61,706 nt of DNA, filler included, from Choristocarpus tenellus KU-1152 (GCA_964200185.2; 9 parts of 9 records of this genome joined end to end with filler, not necessarily neighbours in it); one strand, 5' to 3'; shown: positions 37,364 through 51,131, counted from the whole stretch's first letter. The notes: a model not told the origin generated them from the letters alone. Numbers and translations: made by a program.

Positions 37364-38538
37364 GTAGTACCAGCATTTTCAAATTGGATACCTGTACTTG
37401 TTGCCTTTATAACCGTGTACTCACCAGCTTCAGACGGTGGTGTTGCGAACATTTTCAAATACGATGCCGTATATTCATTACCTGTACAGCCATGTACACA
37501 CCACCGACTGCCAGCAGTGGTAACACCAGCTTTTTCAGATCCGATCCTCTATGTTACAGTGCACGACGTTTACGCTGGTTGTCCTTTGGGGCTTGGCTAC
37601 CCACGCGTTTTGAATGACATTGTACCTACTCTAAAATGTTTTCGATAAGTACAATGTCTACACTATGGGAAAGAGCGTCCGGAAAAAGGACATTGACATC
37701 TCCAAACAATGAAGATGGGAAGAATTACAGTTCGAATGCGAAATTTGAATTCAGCCGCCAAATGGACGTGGCCCTACCCCTAAGATATGTCGACTAGCAC
37801 TCATGGTATCAACCCTAACCCTAACCAATAAAAATCACCCACATTTTCAACACTAACCCCAATCCGCCATTTATAGATTTCACCTCGCATCGCACACGTC
37901 AATCAACATAGAATTAATCAAACGGCTATAATCTGAAATGGCTACAGCGAATTTGACCGAACCTTGTTCCAAAATTGGAACATGTGTTGCAGTCACTGAT
38001 GTTGAGAGTAATCAGACAACTGATCCGCATTAGATTCCACGATGCAATTTCATGCACGACAACATCCGTCTGTCCGGGGTGACGTGGTGACACCTTCGAT
38101 ACACATGAGTAAGGGCTTCGATACCGTTGGAACATTTCCGATAGGGTTCACATCGGAAATGGACATACACTCCCCTGATAATCTTGCCGCGTTTTAGATA
38201 TGATGGCCTTTACCGTTCGACAGAACACATGAAACTCATTCATCACTGTCTGCCATATGTCAAGGATAAACCTGTGCATGGTTGCCCTCCCGACATCTAA
38301 CTCGGGTCGGTGCGTAAACTCCTTTCATGTTGACCGTTCACATTCGAGATTCGATGGTATGTTTTCCTGCTCAGGATTACTGTTTCAAATAGACCCCGTC
38401 CGCCGCCCACCGCTTTACAAAAACAAACGAATTTATTGNNNNNNNNNNNNNNNNNNNNNNNNNNNNNNNNNNNNNNNNNNNNTTAATTAATTAANNNNNN
38501 NNNNNNNNNNNNNNNNNNNNNNNNNNNNNNNNNNNNNN

Positions 38539-41260
38539 GTGATGGTATCTCACTCTCTTCTCAACTGTGATACAAGCTAATAAACAATAATACAACTGGT
38601 TGTGTGGGACAACAGATCGTCAAGGACAGCTTAACATGCTATAGCACTCTTATAAGCATGCTTGCGTAGTTATTTTACTTGGATTCTAGCTATCACCAGG
38701 AAGGAGTCAAGATAAACTATGATGTCCAGATCAAGATTCAATTCAAGTCCAAGCTCCATTGATGACAGAATGGAAGAACCAACAATGACCCAAGGGGGGA
38801 GTGAGAGTTAGGATGGGATATCAGCTTCGCAAGGGGGCAAGGTTAGGGCTGGGGCTAGAGATACGGTGGCCGTGGGCGCTAGACTCGTATTTTCCCTGAA
38901 ACTGAAGAAATATTCCTCAAAACAACCTGCGTTTAAGGGGGAACCAGGGACGTGGAGGAAGTGGAGCAACACGTTTCTTACACACGCTCTCTCATCGGGA
39001 TGGAGGAAGCCACTAGTAACTAAGGAACATCTGAGGGTACTGTCGTTGGAGTATTCCCTGGCGGGTGTGGACCCATATCTGCACCATGCGACAACGTATG
39101 CAATTAATGGACTGCAAGAGGCGACAACAGGACCTGCTCTGGACATCGTGCTGACGTACGAATCTCCGAGTGAGGCATTCGCCGCACTGGTCAAGAACTA
39201 TGCTCATTCTGGACAAAGAGAAATCTCGTGAAACGGCAATTGATGGACATGGTGCTGGAACCTGGGGGAGATCCTGCTGACATTATCAACAGGCAGGAGG
39301 CTCTTATAATGGAGCTGAAGAGCTTGGGAGGTTCCATGACAGAGGAAGATCGAGTGGGTTGCCCACAAAATTCACTCGGTGAGGAGTATCTGGACATCTT
39401 GTCCCAGATAGATGACGAGGAGCCAATAGAAGGACGGATTAAACTGGAAAAATTAGTTCTAAAAAGATATCGACTGCGCACCATCCAAAGAGGGGCGGAA
39501 TCGGCTGGGGTGAGAGCTTGTGCACTGGTGGCAGGACGGCAATCCGGACGCACTGGTGGACAACCCAATTGTTGGGAATATTGTGGACCTCACTTCCAAT
39601 CCAATTGCCCACAAGTCAAGAAGTAGAAAGTGAGTAAAGGGGGCATTACTTGCTTTGTATGCGGGGAAATAGGACATCAAAGCTTCGCATGTACACAAAG
39701 AAAATCGGGATCGTCAAGGGGTCTGGAATCTTCAAACATCCAGAAGAAGAAGAAGTGGATGGGGAGGAATAGTTCTAAGAACAAGGGAGGAGGACCAAAA
39801 TTGGATGGATCTGGCGAAGGACAATCAAGATTGGCAGGTTTTGCAGTAACCAATCAAGTGAGTTATCTTGCTAGTAAGGTAAAATCGCTTCCCTTCAAGA
39901 GACCATCACGGGTTGAGGTTTGGATTTGGGACAGTGGAGCCACACATAATTTTACAACAACCAATAAAAACATGTTAAATCGGGAATCTTGTTATAGAAC
40001 AGTTGCAGTTGGAGGTGGTGGAACACTTGACATCGTGGGGAAGGGGGAAATCAAATTGGAATGTGTTCTAAGTGGTAAATTGGAGACTGTTGTATTCACT
40101 AACGTACTTGTGGTGCCTGATCTTGTTGTGAACTTGTATTCTGCCAAGGCTTGCATGCGAGATGGTCACAGTTTCCGGTCTGTCAACTCCACTAGAATCT
40201 CAACTTTTAGGGACAATGGGGAAAGAAATCTCACCTTCAAGTCATTGGGGGAGGAGGTATTAATCCCCCTAGGGATGCGCAGAGTGAGTGTGATGAATAA
40301 CTATGATTCTACTAAAGTCCCTCCACTGATACAATACCTATTTCTGGCACACCAAGAATTAACTTGACCCAGAAAAATGTGTCGATGGATGCCAATGAGC
40401 TGCATGTACGATTAGGCCAGGGGATGGAGAAGAAATACACTTCTGGTCAGAATATTTTACTGACTGGGACTTGGGGACCATTTTGTCAAGGTTGCTCACT
40501 CGGCAAAGGACATCGGCATCCAATACCAAAGGAGACTGAGAATCAGGCCTCTGAAAAGGGGGGGCGTGTGTTTGTGGACTTGACTGGACCAAAAGAACAA
40601 CCAAGTAAGGGGAAGGGGCATTACTATGCAATATTCGTGGTGGATGACTGCACTCGAATGAGGTTCAGGTGTTACTTGAGAACCAAGAGTTATCAAACGA
40701 CATTGTCTGGATGTAAGATATTCTTGATCAACGTTGAGATAGAGATCAAAGCTGTGCAGACGGACAATGGTACGGAATTTACTGGGTCTGCCTTTGAGTC
40801 AATGCTGGAAAAGTACGGTATTTGACACGAGCACACTATGCCTGGAGCGCCTCAGTACAATGAATGGGGTGGTTGAAAGGAGAATTGCCTTGGTGTAGAA
40901 AAATTCACTTGTACTGCGCTATGGTGCGAGATTGGAAAAAGATGGGACCTTGAGGGCGGAGGCGATGTCACACGCCAACGATGTTACCAACATGACACGG
41001 ACATCTGCTAATACTGCTGGGTAACTCCATGGGAATTATGACACGGAGATCCTGCTGGTGTGACACAACTTCCAATTCTTGGGGTAGCCATGGATATGCT
41101 CACATAGACAATCGACCCACAAAGTCTTCACCACGTGCTGAATCTTTCACTATGATGAGTGTTGCACCTCTTAACCAATACCCTTCCCACACTTACCAGA
41201 TCCTGCTGCCACATTCAGGGCAACTCGTGAAGACTTTGTGGGTCAATTGTCCATGCGATC
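38539..41260 (+). mobile_element. Decayed Ty1/Copia LTR retrotransposon (gag, zinc knuckle, protease, integrase; RT/RNase H absent)
   Basis: CFVCGEIGHQSFAC; WIWDSGATHN; NVLVVPDLVVNLYS; LHVRLG..CQGCSLGK; VFVDLTGP..VVDDCTR..VQTDNGTEF..G.PQYNG.VERR; frameshifts and stops. Confidence 0.92.
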
Positions 41261-41573
41261 GTATCCACAGCTACCCCAAATTGGAAGTTGTGTCACACCA
41301 GCAGGACGTCCATGTCATAATTCCCATGGAATTACCCAGCAGTATTAGCAGATGTCCATGTCATGTTGGTAACATCGTTGGCGTGTGACATCGCCTTCGC
41401 CCTCAAGGTTCCATCATTTTCCAATCTCGCACCATAGCGCAGTACAAGTGAATTTTCCCACACCAAGGTAATTCTCCTTTCAACCACCCCATTCATTGTA
41501 CTGAGGCACTCCAGGCATAGTGTACTCGTGTCAAATACCGTACTTTTCCAGCATTGACTTAAAGGCAGACCCA
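40783..41573. repeat. Long inverted repeat (~315-bp arms, ~165-bp loop)
   Basis: 40783-41096 is the reverse complement of 41262-41573, about 95% identical by manual alignment. Confidence 0.95.
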
Positions 41574-43495
41574 GAAACACTCTGACCCTAACAGTCCGCC
41601 GATTACTTCTGGTCAAATACCCCGCCTAAATGTCCCAAATGTCCCACATTACTGTCTGTGCGTACATAAAATAATACTTCTAATCATATTCTCACAAATG
41701 GTCAAGCATAATCTTGACACACTCCCCTGCTCTGACTATGCAGTGAGAATCAAATCAGTCCAACAATAAATCCCAACTTGAAAACTCAATCTGCACACTT
41801 CAAATCTTATTCCCACACATGGACAAGCAAAATCTTGACAAGCAGTGACCTCCAAACCTTACTTCTGGCAAGCTGTGTCATAGACTAAAATGAGGTAGGA
41901 TTTAGATCATCTGAAAAAAACATCCACATATATACAAGTTCAACCTCTACTGAAAAAGGTCTTCGGTGCATAATCTTTTTTTAAATCAAGCTACCATAAA
42001 TTAAGATCAGTGCTTTCGACATAATTTCACATTATTAGGCCTCGTGAGAGATAATACGCCATCACAATACCAAGTTTATCGTGCTACCTTTCAGGACTGT
42101 ATTACTACAAGGCTTGCCAGTGAAGAAGTCAGTTCGGAAATCAAGAACCTGCATCAAGACCATTTCAGTTCCTCGCACCCAAAGTATGGGGAGCTAAAGA
42201 GCTTGTTCTGTAGCCTTACAAAAACCTCAAAACTCTGTGCAAGAAATAGAACCCTTGAAACTTTTCAGAGCATTATGACATATACTCCGGAGTACATGAG
42301 TTTGAATATACAAGTACTTGGTGTAGAAAATAGGGTTTCTAGATATCAAACCATTATTGCTGTACCATACACCATCGTACCATTTAGAGTTATTCTCCAA
42401 GACAATAATCATCTGACAAGGTCGATAGCTGAACACCATTCAATCATACCAGTCAATGCCTGAAAAATAAAAGCTTCAGCTGAACCTTGAAAAAAACCCA
42501 TAAACAAACTCCACAGCAAGGAAAATGGTTTCAGGAGAGGCTGGTCTATGCCGACACGAGTTCAAGGTTATCATTATGTGCTATTTGGAAAACGGTAGTA
42601 GTACATCTTCATCCCCAAAACCTGTAATAGCAAGCCTAGTTGAAATTTCTAAAAGTCATAGACCTGAAATGACTTTACCCTCGTGAACGATTTTCATCCT
42701 GATAATTTGCAACTACTATTCTTACATGGTCATAGTTATGTTGACGAGCTTTCAGGTGAGCAGGTCCTGATGCCATGTAGGCGGCACAGAGTTGGTTTTT
42801 GCGTATTCAGTCCTGTGCAGCACTATAAATACCTGGGTTTATCGCACAGTAGATGAATGTATATAACAAGTCCAACTCCGTGCCACCTGCATGCCCGCAG
42901 GAACTTCTCGAGCTGCAAGCTCGTAAACATGACTTTGATCATTCATATACATAAAGTAGTTCAAAGTTCTCGCAATGTGTCCCAAACTTGTTCATCAGAG
43001 GAAAGTCATACAAAGTACTCCAGAGTAACCAACTTCAGAGATTCCGACTGGGCTTGTCATTGATGGTTCTGGGAAAAGATTTACCATTGTTGCTTTCCAA
43101 ATGGTATGTTACAATAACCTTGAACCCCCATCCGTATGAACCAGCACCTCCTGTAACAATTGATGCCCAGTGCACGGGATTTCTACCGAAAATCCTTCAA
43201 GGTCTATTAAGGACCATATATTTTTTTATGGAATTGGTCAGCACATTTGAATAGAATGGCATTCAGCAAGTGACCTTCCCAGATTACAACCTCTCCCTCA
43301 CACCCCCATCCCCAATACTCCCTCAACCTTGTTGGAATGTGTGCTAAGGGGGTTGATCAATGTATTTACTGTTACTCATGCTTGAGTGTGCCTGCTCGTA
43401 TATCAACACCCCTGAAACAAGAAGAGACTAAGCCCGTGGACCAAGGTACACTCCACCATACCACTGCCGTCAACCGTGGGTTAGGACAACATTTA

Positions 43496-43756
43496 GAGTG
43501 AAAGTATATCTTAGAGGGTACGAGTTTTACTCTATTTGTCCATTTGGGGCTTGACTTCCATGGGGTTTTTTACGACATTTTCCAACTCCAAAATGTTTCA
43601 GAGTAGGTAAAATGTATACATTATGAAAAAGATCTGTCCGGAACATGAATATTGAAACTTCCTAACAAACACGATAGCCAAAATTACATCAAAATCACAA
43701 CATTAGATTTCGGCCCCCAAATGGACGCGGCTCTACCCTCTAAGGTACTTTGACTC
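43496..43756. mobile_element. MITE family A, full length, 4-bp TSD TTTA
   Basis: ttta|gagtgaaagta...tactttgactc|ttta. Confidence 0.93.
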
Positions 43757-45189
43757 TTTATTGTACCAAGATAAAGTCAGATAGCGTTGATTAATACTAA
43801 CATCCCATCCATCAAGTAGTTCAAAATCAAACTTATCAAATGGAGTACTACCTAATACCTGTCTTAAACAGGTCCGCTAGAGCCTGCCGCCACTCATTAC
43901 TCAAGCCTGTGACCATGCAAAGCATTGTGAGACCAACGACCCCTCTGGTCACACCTCTAACCCCAAAAATACGCCAGTACTGCTCTTAACACACCTTGTG
44001 ATGGACATGTTCCCCACTCCGAGGTGATACAATTGTACAATTGGAGAGAGGGGAAAAACACCTCTGTAGAGAGGTGGATGGCCTCCAAGCAGAAAAAACA
44101 CATTCCATAATTCAGACCAGTTGTCAGCTAGATCACCCGTGACTGCTGTTTCCAATGGGCGTTCCGCCTCATGGCCCAGGCATCCCCATCATCATGCTGA
44201 ACCCCTACCTAGACATAGGTATCGTGTAGACAAGCATCATGGCGCCACGCAACAAGGTATGTGTCAGTACCCAGGATATAAAGTCACCAATTGCTATCAT
44301 TCGTCAACCCATTCCATTCATGCCTCAACGACCCTGGCGCTTCTCATACCCCCTTTTGCGATGGAGAGAGGCAGCTCATCGACAACAATGGCAGGAGAAT
44401 GGACAATTTGGTGATTTCCATGACACCTCTTTTCCCCAGGAGTGTCCAAATGCCATTTAAAAAAAACTCTACATTGGAACCGGGTAAATTGAGTAACGGG
44501 CAGGAAACCGAGGTTGGCAGGTACTTACTGTTCCCTAGTTTCACCTTGTCACCTGATGAGGACATGACCATGTCATATTTTCCCTTCATAATGGCATCTT
44601 GAAATTAAAGCAAAGACATTCGGCAAAGCAGGCAATTGACGCTATTAAATCAGTTTGCACGGTTATTTCTAGAATTCTTAAAATATGAATGCGGTACTTG
44701 GTACTAATTGCATGTAATTGATGCCATGGCTCAGATTCAATGCAAAGGTAATACCATTTCTTTATTGTGGTAAGGATGAGGCGACCTTCTGCAACTACTA
44801 CTAACTGTTAACTAGAGGTATTATTATTTGTTGGATATGAACCCATGACTAGGGGCTTGCAAGCCTCTAACATGCGGAAAAATACTTGATTCATTGTTGA
44901 CACATCCAATAAGCAAAAGTTCTGTACACTGCCGACCTTTTGAGGTATAATTGTCAAGCCTCTGCCCTGTTAGTCTGTTCGACAATTGATCAATGCACGA
45001 TATAACCAGAACCTCTGGTAAATGTTCTGCAAACGGGGTATCATTCAAAAGTGTCAGGTTTGCATGATCACAGTATTTTTTATTATCATTCAGAATGGAT
45101 ATTATTCCGAAAATCACAGGTTAATTTGGCCAATCTTGGAAAACTGCTCCTGTGTTTCAGAAGCAGCACAGCAAGGATAGGCTGCATTG

Positions 45190-46296
45190 CAATGGCTACA
45201 GAGGGCCCAACAGCAGCTAGATGGTCAATCCCGTAGCAAGCCCAACTACAATGGCAGAGTGGGGGTCTCTGTGGAGGATCACTGTGAATTGATTGTGCTA
45301 TATACGGTTGCTTTGCATCCTAGACAAATGAACCTTCCAACAGGTGTTCGTCATTTTCTTGAGACTGAGTTCAGGGTCTCCAAAGGCTACGTTCCAGGTT
45401 GTGGAAAAAGAAGGCACAGCATCTTGCCGCCGGCTTCATGCTCTCTTGACACCAAGAAGAGGTCTGGTCCTCTCACGGTCTTCACGCCAACCAAAGCACA
45501 GTGAATCATCAAGGTCAACCTTTGAGCAAAGGCATCTTGACTGTTTGGCAGCTAAAGGCTAAGGTTAAAGTTTTACGTCAACATTGACAAATCACAGCTC
45601 CAGCAGTGGTTGGAGACCATGAGGGCAAGCCATATGCACCAGCACATTATGCCGAAGCTTCCATTCCAACACTGGAAGGGGTGAGTCAACTTAATTCTCC
45701 ATCAAGTCAACAGATGCCACAAGCAGTGGAATGGCATGTTTCTAAGATCCATGTGGACAAGAAGAGGGTAGGCTCAACAAAGCTTCAGGACAAGAGCCAT
45801 ATCCCCAAGGTGAATGTAGGTTAAGCAATTTAGATAGAATAGGAGTTTAGATGATCACTTTGTCGTCCACATGGAAGTATGAAACGCTAACCAGTTCGAA
45901 TTTCAAATTCAAATCCCCCACAGGTGATCTTCATCTGTGCCGTGCTACACCCCAATCCAGAGCATGACTTTGACGGGAAGATCAGCATCAGGTGCAATTG
46001 TATCATCAAACAAGCAAAGAGAACAACCACAAACAAAGAGAATGGGGACGAGTACGAGGCCAATATCACCATCAACTTAGAGTGGTACCAGCACCGGTGC
46101 ATGAACAACCTACTGCTCATCATCAAAGGAAAAAAACTTGACCTGACATGCAGCAAGATAGAAGAGCACCTCACATGGACAAGGACACCTCCCCGGTCGC
46201 TGAACTTAGCAGGGGAGCGGGGGAGGCGAGCATCAACCTTGTAACACAGTCGGCACAGTCAGCAGACCGGAACATCAATGCCTTAGGAACTTTAAC
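45190..46296 (+). pseudogene. Second plant-type mariner transposase remnant
   Basis: IHVDKK, QVIFICAVLHPNPEHDFDGKISI..QAKR..EWY...LL.IIK (KVMF..AVARP..FDGKIG consensus); runs into a gap. Confidence 0.72.
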
Positions 46297-46396
46297 NNNN
46301 NNNNNNNNNNNNNNNNNNNNNNNNNNNNNNNNNNNNNNNNTTAATTAATTAANNNNNNNNNNNNNNNNNNNNNNNNNNNNNNNNNNNNNNNNNNNN

Positions 46397-46800
46397 CCCC
46401 TGGGGCGCAGGAGTAGGTAGATGGGAAGCACAGGAAGACAGTAGTAGTACAATATTTGATAGTGGTGAAGTAACTGATAGATTAGTGTTCTACACACTTA
46501 GTTTTATAGTGTTCTCACGTTTAGGATATTTTATTTCTTTAGGGCTAATAACGACATAATATGTATAGTTTTCATTGGTTTTCCCCTTGACATATCTGCA
46601 AAATGTCAGAGGGCATAATAATATATATATATATATGAACTTCTAATTGCATTGTTATAGTAGACCTTAAATCATTATTTTGATTATGATGCCCTCTGAC
46701 ATTTTGTAGATGTGTCAGGAGAAACCAATGAAAACTATTCACATGTCAGAAAAATCCCTAAAAAAGTAGCAGTTGTCATAAATGTCTACTGACATGTTAC
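46397..46800. mobile_element. Two CRE-like LINE 3' tails, tail-to-tail around (TA)n
   Basis: ttttcattggttttcc..tgacatatctgcaaaatgtcagagggcataat (+) and its reverse complement at ~46685-46740. Another tail (-) at ~53675-53885. Confidence 0.7.
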
Positions 46801-49800
46801 TATGTTTTTTAGAAATTATCATTATTAAATTATCATATCGTTGGGGCGTGACTATCTCCAACGTATTCTGTATTACTTTCTTAGCTAAGGCCAAGACGAG
46901 GCTACCCTGGCTGTACTCACCCCACAATACCAGAGAAATAGAAAGCAAGCCTGTATTTTGAGGTACGCTCTTCTTGTAGTGCGCGGCAGTTCAGTTGTTT
47001 ATGGAGGAGCATGAACCGTTTTTGTTATAATGGGCACAACAAACAGGGAGGATTGAGGAAGAGATCGAGAACATCGATGCGGCGTCGGAGACATGGGGTC
47101 TCTAACTCTAGACCGGCAGGTGCGATCCTTGCAACAAAGCCTCCAGAACTCTGCATATGGGATACAACAAGCGAAGAACCCGCTGCGTCCCCCGTCCTGG
47201 TGCACCTTACTCCTTTTCTCTTCGACACACGCATTCGTATAGACTCCTGTAGTGTGTATTTGTGCATTTTCGATAGCTCTTTGGTTGTTTATCATGTTCA
47301 CAACAATGTTTCTACTGTCCCTTCCTCGTAGCTATCTCCTGTTTGCCAAGTACTCTCTGAAGTCCACAATTTGATCCTAACATCCGTTGGCTTTGGACAC
47401 ATGATTTAAGCCTTGCAATGCCTTGCAGTAACGCTGGTATGCATCACGTCTTTATTTGTACCGTGTGTTGTGAATAGACATGCTTTGAGGGTTTTTCCTG
47501 GGACAGTCGTAATGTCGGCGTGTGATGCATATTCTCTTTGTGGAATGTGAATCAAGGGGCCGTAACGAACAAGGATATTGACATCTCCTAACAAACACGA
47601 TAGCCAAAATTACATCAAAATTGCAACATTGAATTTTGTCCCCGAAATGGACGCGGCTCTACCTTCTAAGATACTTTGACTCATTCGAGGTTTTGTACGT
47701 TGTAGTCGTGCCCGATTTTTTTGTGGGAATGGTAGGAAGAGAGTTTCTGAGTATACCTACCTATTTTTGCTCTAATAATAACAATCTCGTTTTCTGACAC
47801 ACGAGAAATCCCATCAGTCACACACTACATGCACCGATAGGCTTTTGACTGGTGTTGTTGCTCTGGATTTGATACTTGACTCAAGTTTGGTCAGGGTGGA
47901 TTAACAAGCTCATCAATTACTCTTCCCAAAGGGCAATTATTCATATTACTAGATAATAATACAGTGCTGATAAGTAATGCAGGTAGGTACAGTGTTGTCG
48001 TGTTGTGAAGCAGTATCGAGCATGCCAAGCAGGCTAGAGTGGGGTTACTATTTGTACTCTGGAGTTCTTCGTCGTTGCTCAGACTACCAGCGCAATCAAT
48101 TGGAAAATAATTACAAATACGATGGAAGATTGTGTATGTGATCCTTTAAGGTGACTCTGGACCTTTGATTTCGACAAAAAAAGCAATTGCGTTGACCTCA
48201 ACAACTACTTGGGTGGAATGTTCTTCCCGATCTGGGGTCTTGAAGGGAAAGAATGTGTTGTTGCCAGTCCCACTATTGGTACTGTAGATGTTCCACATTG
48301 TTCAGAGTAGTAGATTTCCCCAACCACACCTACACACTTGTTGTACCTACTCCCGTGGGCCCAGTAACAACCAATGCTCTTTCTTGCCCCTCCTCCTCCC
48401 AGATAGCTGAGCAACGACAGTCACTTTCTGTAAAGAAGTCTTCTCGGTAATCTGTCCGACTTGCTGGTCATTGGACAATAGATCTACAGGCTAGAAATAG
48501 TTGGATCACAACCTCTTTTTCAACTTTTGTTATATAAGATATCTTCAACGCTGCACAAATGCCTAGGGCACTCCTTTACTGATGTTCTAATATCACATAT
48601 AAAGCACACACTGTTTTAAATAGCAATGTTCATGCCATTCTTCCAATGTAATAATATGCTGTGGGTTCATAGTTGCACCCTGGGTTGCATTGCTCTCTCA
48701 ATGAGCCCGCACAGCATTTGTACTCTTGATGAACTTGCTCTATCTGCAGGATATCATCACTGCTCTCCGTAACCACCTTATCACTCACTGCCGATCGCAG
48801 CAGGAGGAGGGGAATCGTGGAAGGCAGTGGAATCCTTCAGCGTGTTGACTCCTTTGCTTTTCCCGTCATTTTGGCGATTGTTGGGACAACTTCTGCGGCC
48901 ACAAGCTTCAACCAATTGCACTGACCAGTGCCAAGTGGTGCATATCCATTGCCTTCATGTTCGAGGTGTATTGGTCTTTGATCTTCTCTCTTGTGTTGCT
49001 ATATGGTAAACAGTCATAAAACAATTAATCAGATAACAAACAGCAGGTGGCTAGGTTTATTTTCTCGGTGCATATTGGTCGCAACCACTGCTCTGACCTT
49101 GAAGATCCTTGGTTTCCTTATCAACTCCAGTGATGGTCTCAATGCCTGGCAAAGAGCAGGTGTCTTTGTCATCCTTGTTGCTCTCGTTCGTTGTGTCCAG
49201 ATATTGATGTATTTGTTGCACCATGCAAGGAGGATGATGTACTATCTCCTGTATCAGTTGGTGAGGTCAACTTGGAGCGAGCGCCAGCCACACCAGAATC
49301 TAGAACTCCTACATTACCGGTACGATTGCTGGTGAGAATATATCAAGTGGGGGATTCTCGCAAGGCAAGCATGCTTGATATTTTGAAGGGGTGGCTTGAT
49401 TGGGAAAAGCATTGTTGGAGTCAAAAGTACCTCTGTCCCACAGTAGGGTTGTCATAATTATTTATTCCTTGGGGCTCACACAAGGCTTCAGCAATTGAAT
49501 CCATTCATAGTCCACAGCCTCCGACATCACATTCTTGTTAAGTAATAATGACATGAGTATTTTGTTAGATTTATAAATTGACTGGGGTTGCGATCTATTT
49601 GTTGACCACTGACCAAATCATCGCAAGTTATTGTTCAGGTCCTGTGCACATGGGCACCGGTGTTGTGTAACGAAATCTACATCCTGTTGCTGAGGAGTCG
49701 TGCTGGAAGTCCAGATCATTTATCTTTTTTGTGGTGCATATTGTTTGGTTCTTTCCTTGTGAAGATGGAACTCGGTGCAGGTGCCCCCGATTACAATGCT

Positions 49801-49870
49801 TTGATCGTCACCCCATGAATAGGAGACACCCCCCTTAGCTTCTTTGGGATTTTTTTGCCATGTCGGGTTA

Positions 49871-50128
49871 GAGCCAAAGTATCTTAGAAGGTAGAGCAGT
49901 GTCCATTTCGGTTCAAAATCCAATGTTGCGAATTTGATGTAATTTTGGCTATCATGTTTGTTAGAAAATGTCAACATTTATTGTTTCGGACACACCTTTT
50001 CATAACATACACATTTTACCTCTGCTGAACATTTTGGACTTGAAAAATGTCATAAAGGAACCAATGGGAAGCCAAGCCCCAAATGGACAAACAGGGCAAA
50101 ACTCGTACTCTCTATGATACTTTCACTC
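49871..50128. mobile_element. MITE family A, full length, 3-bp TSD TTA
   Basis: tta|gagccaaagtatcttagaaggta...gatactttcactc|tta. Confidence 0.9.
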
Positions 50129-50131
50129 TTA

Positions 50132-50345
50132 AGGTCAGGGTTACGGTCAGGGTCGCGGTCAGGGTTAGGGTTAGGGTTCGGGTTAGGACTGGGGTCAGGG
50201 TTAGGGTCAGGGTTAGGCAAGAGTGGAGGGGAGTGTCTCCTATCCATGGGGACACAACTCTACCCTACCTTTACTACTAGCTTAACTCTAACCCCAACTC
50301 TAATAGCAATTCTATCCCTAATCATAAACCTGACCCTAACCCTAA
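50132..50345. repeat. Degenerate interstitial telomere-like repeats (GGGTTA tract, then CCCTAA tract)
   Basis: agggttagggttagggttcgggttagg... followed by ...ctaaccccaactctaa...ctgaccctaaccctaa. Confidence 0.8.
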
Positions 50346-50953
50346 GTTTACCAGAATTGTTCCAAAATTATAAGACATGCCTTCATCTCAGAGTCTTGCA
50401 GAAGCACTAAGTGCGGTCTGTACCTGAATAAAGTGTTTGCTTTAATGAAAGACATCTCCTCTTGTCACAGGTGAGACTTGCTTGAGAGGATCATAAGAAC
50501 AAGACGCTTTCTGGTATAGAACGCCTATTGTTCTGGAGAAAGTATATACTATGTAGTGTTTTATTGTTTAATCTTAGTTGGTGCTGACTCAACCCCTAAC
50601 TCTGACAGCACTACAAGTTAACACCATGACACTTGTATGTAGCGATATATCGCCATGATGTTTTATCGACATGGAGTAGTATACCCCTGGTAGTTTAGGC
50701 AAGGGAAATTTATGGTTGTGAAGCATAGACGAGGAGAGTTGTCCATCTCTTCCGGTCGTACAAATAAGCAAATTTCACCTTCGGCAAGTACGCAAGTGTT
50801 GTTCCAGCATACTGTTGTTACAAGATGGCGATGTCAACCACCCCAGAGTGACTTCGCAATTTATGTAGTATTTAACGGTAGTTGTTTATCTACCATCCTT
50901 CTATCAGCTGCTGTCACCATATTATCAACATAGACCGAAACCCACTAACAAAA

Positions 50954-51131
50954 GGCCCAAAGTAGCTGAGGGGGTAGCGGCTGTCCATTTGCGGCCAATT
51001 TTTTCATGTCGTAATTTTCTGGTTGATTTGGTTGCATACGCGGGATGAACAATGTAAATGCACTTTCCTGATTTTGACCCAAATGGACACCCTGATGTAG
51101 ACCCCCCCCCCCCCCCCAGATACTTTGGTTC
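50954..51131. mobile_element. MITE family B, full length
   Basis: ggcccaaagtagctgaggggg...cccccagatactttggttc; flanks aaa/aaa. Confidence 0.85.

Noticed and set aside
41900-43260. Possible decayed transposase frames (also 37930-38430 and 43950-44600)
   Set aside because: No diagnostic motif could be reconstructed
50132-50345. Telomere-telomere chromosome fusion site
   Set aside because: Tracts are short, degenerate, separated by unique sequence and bracketed by an inverted repeat; a mobile-element origin is simpler
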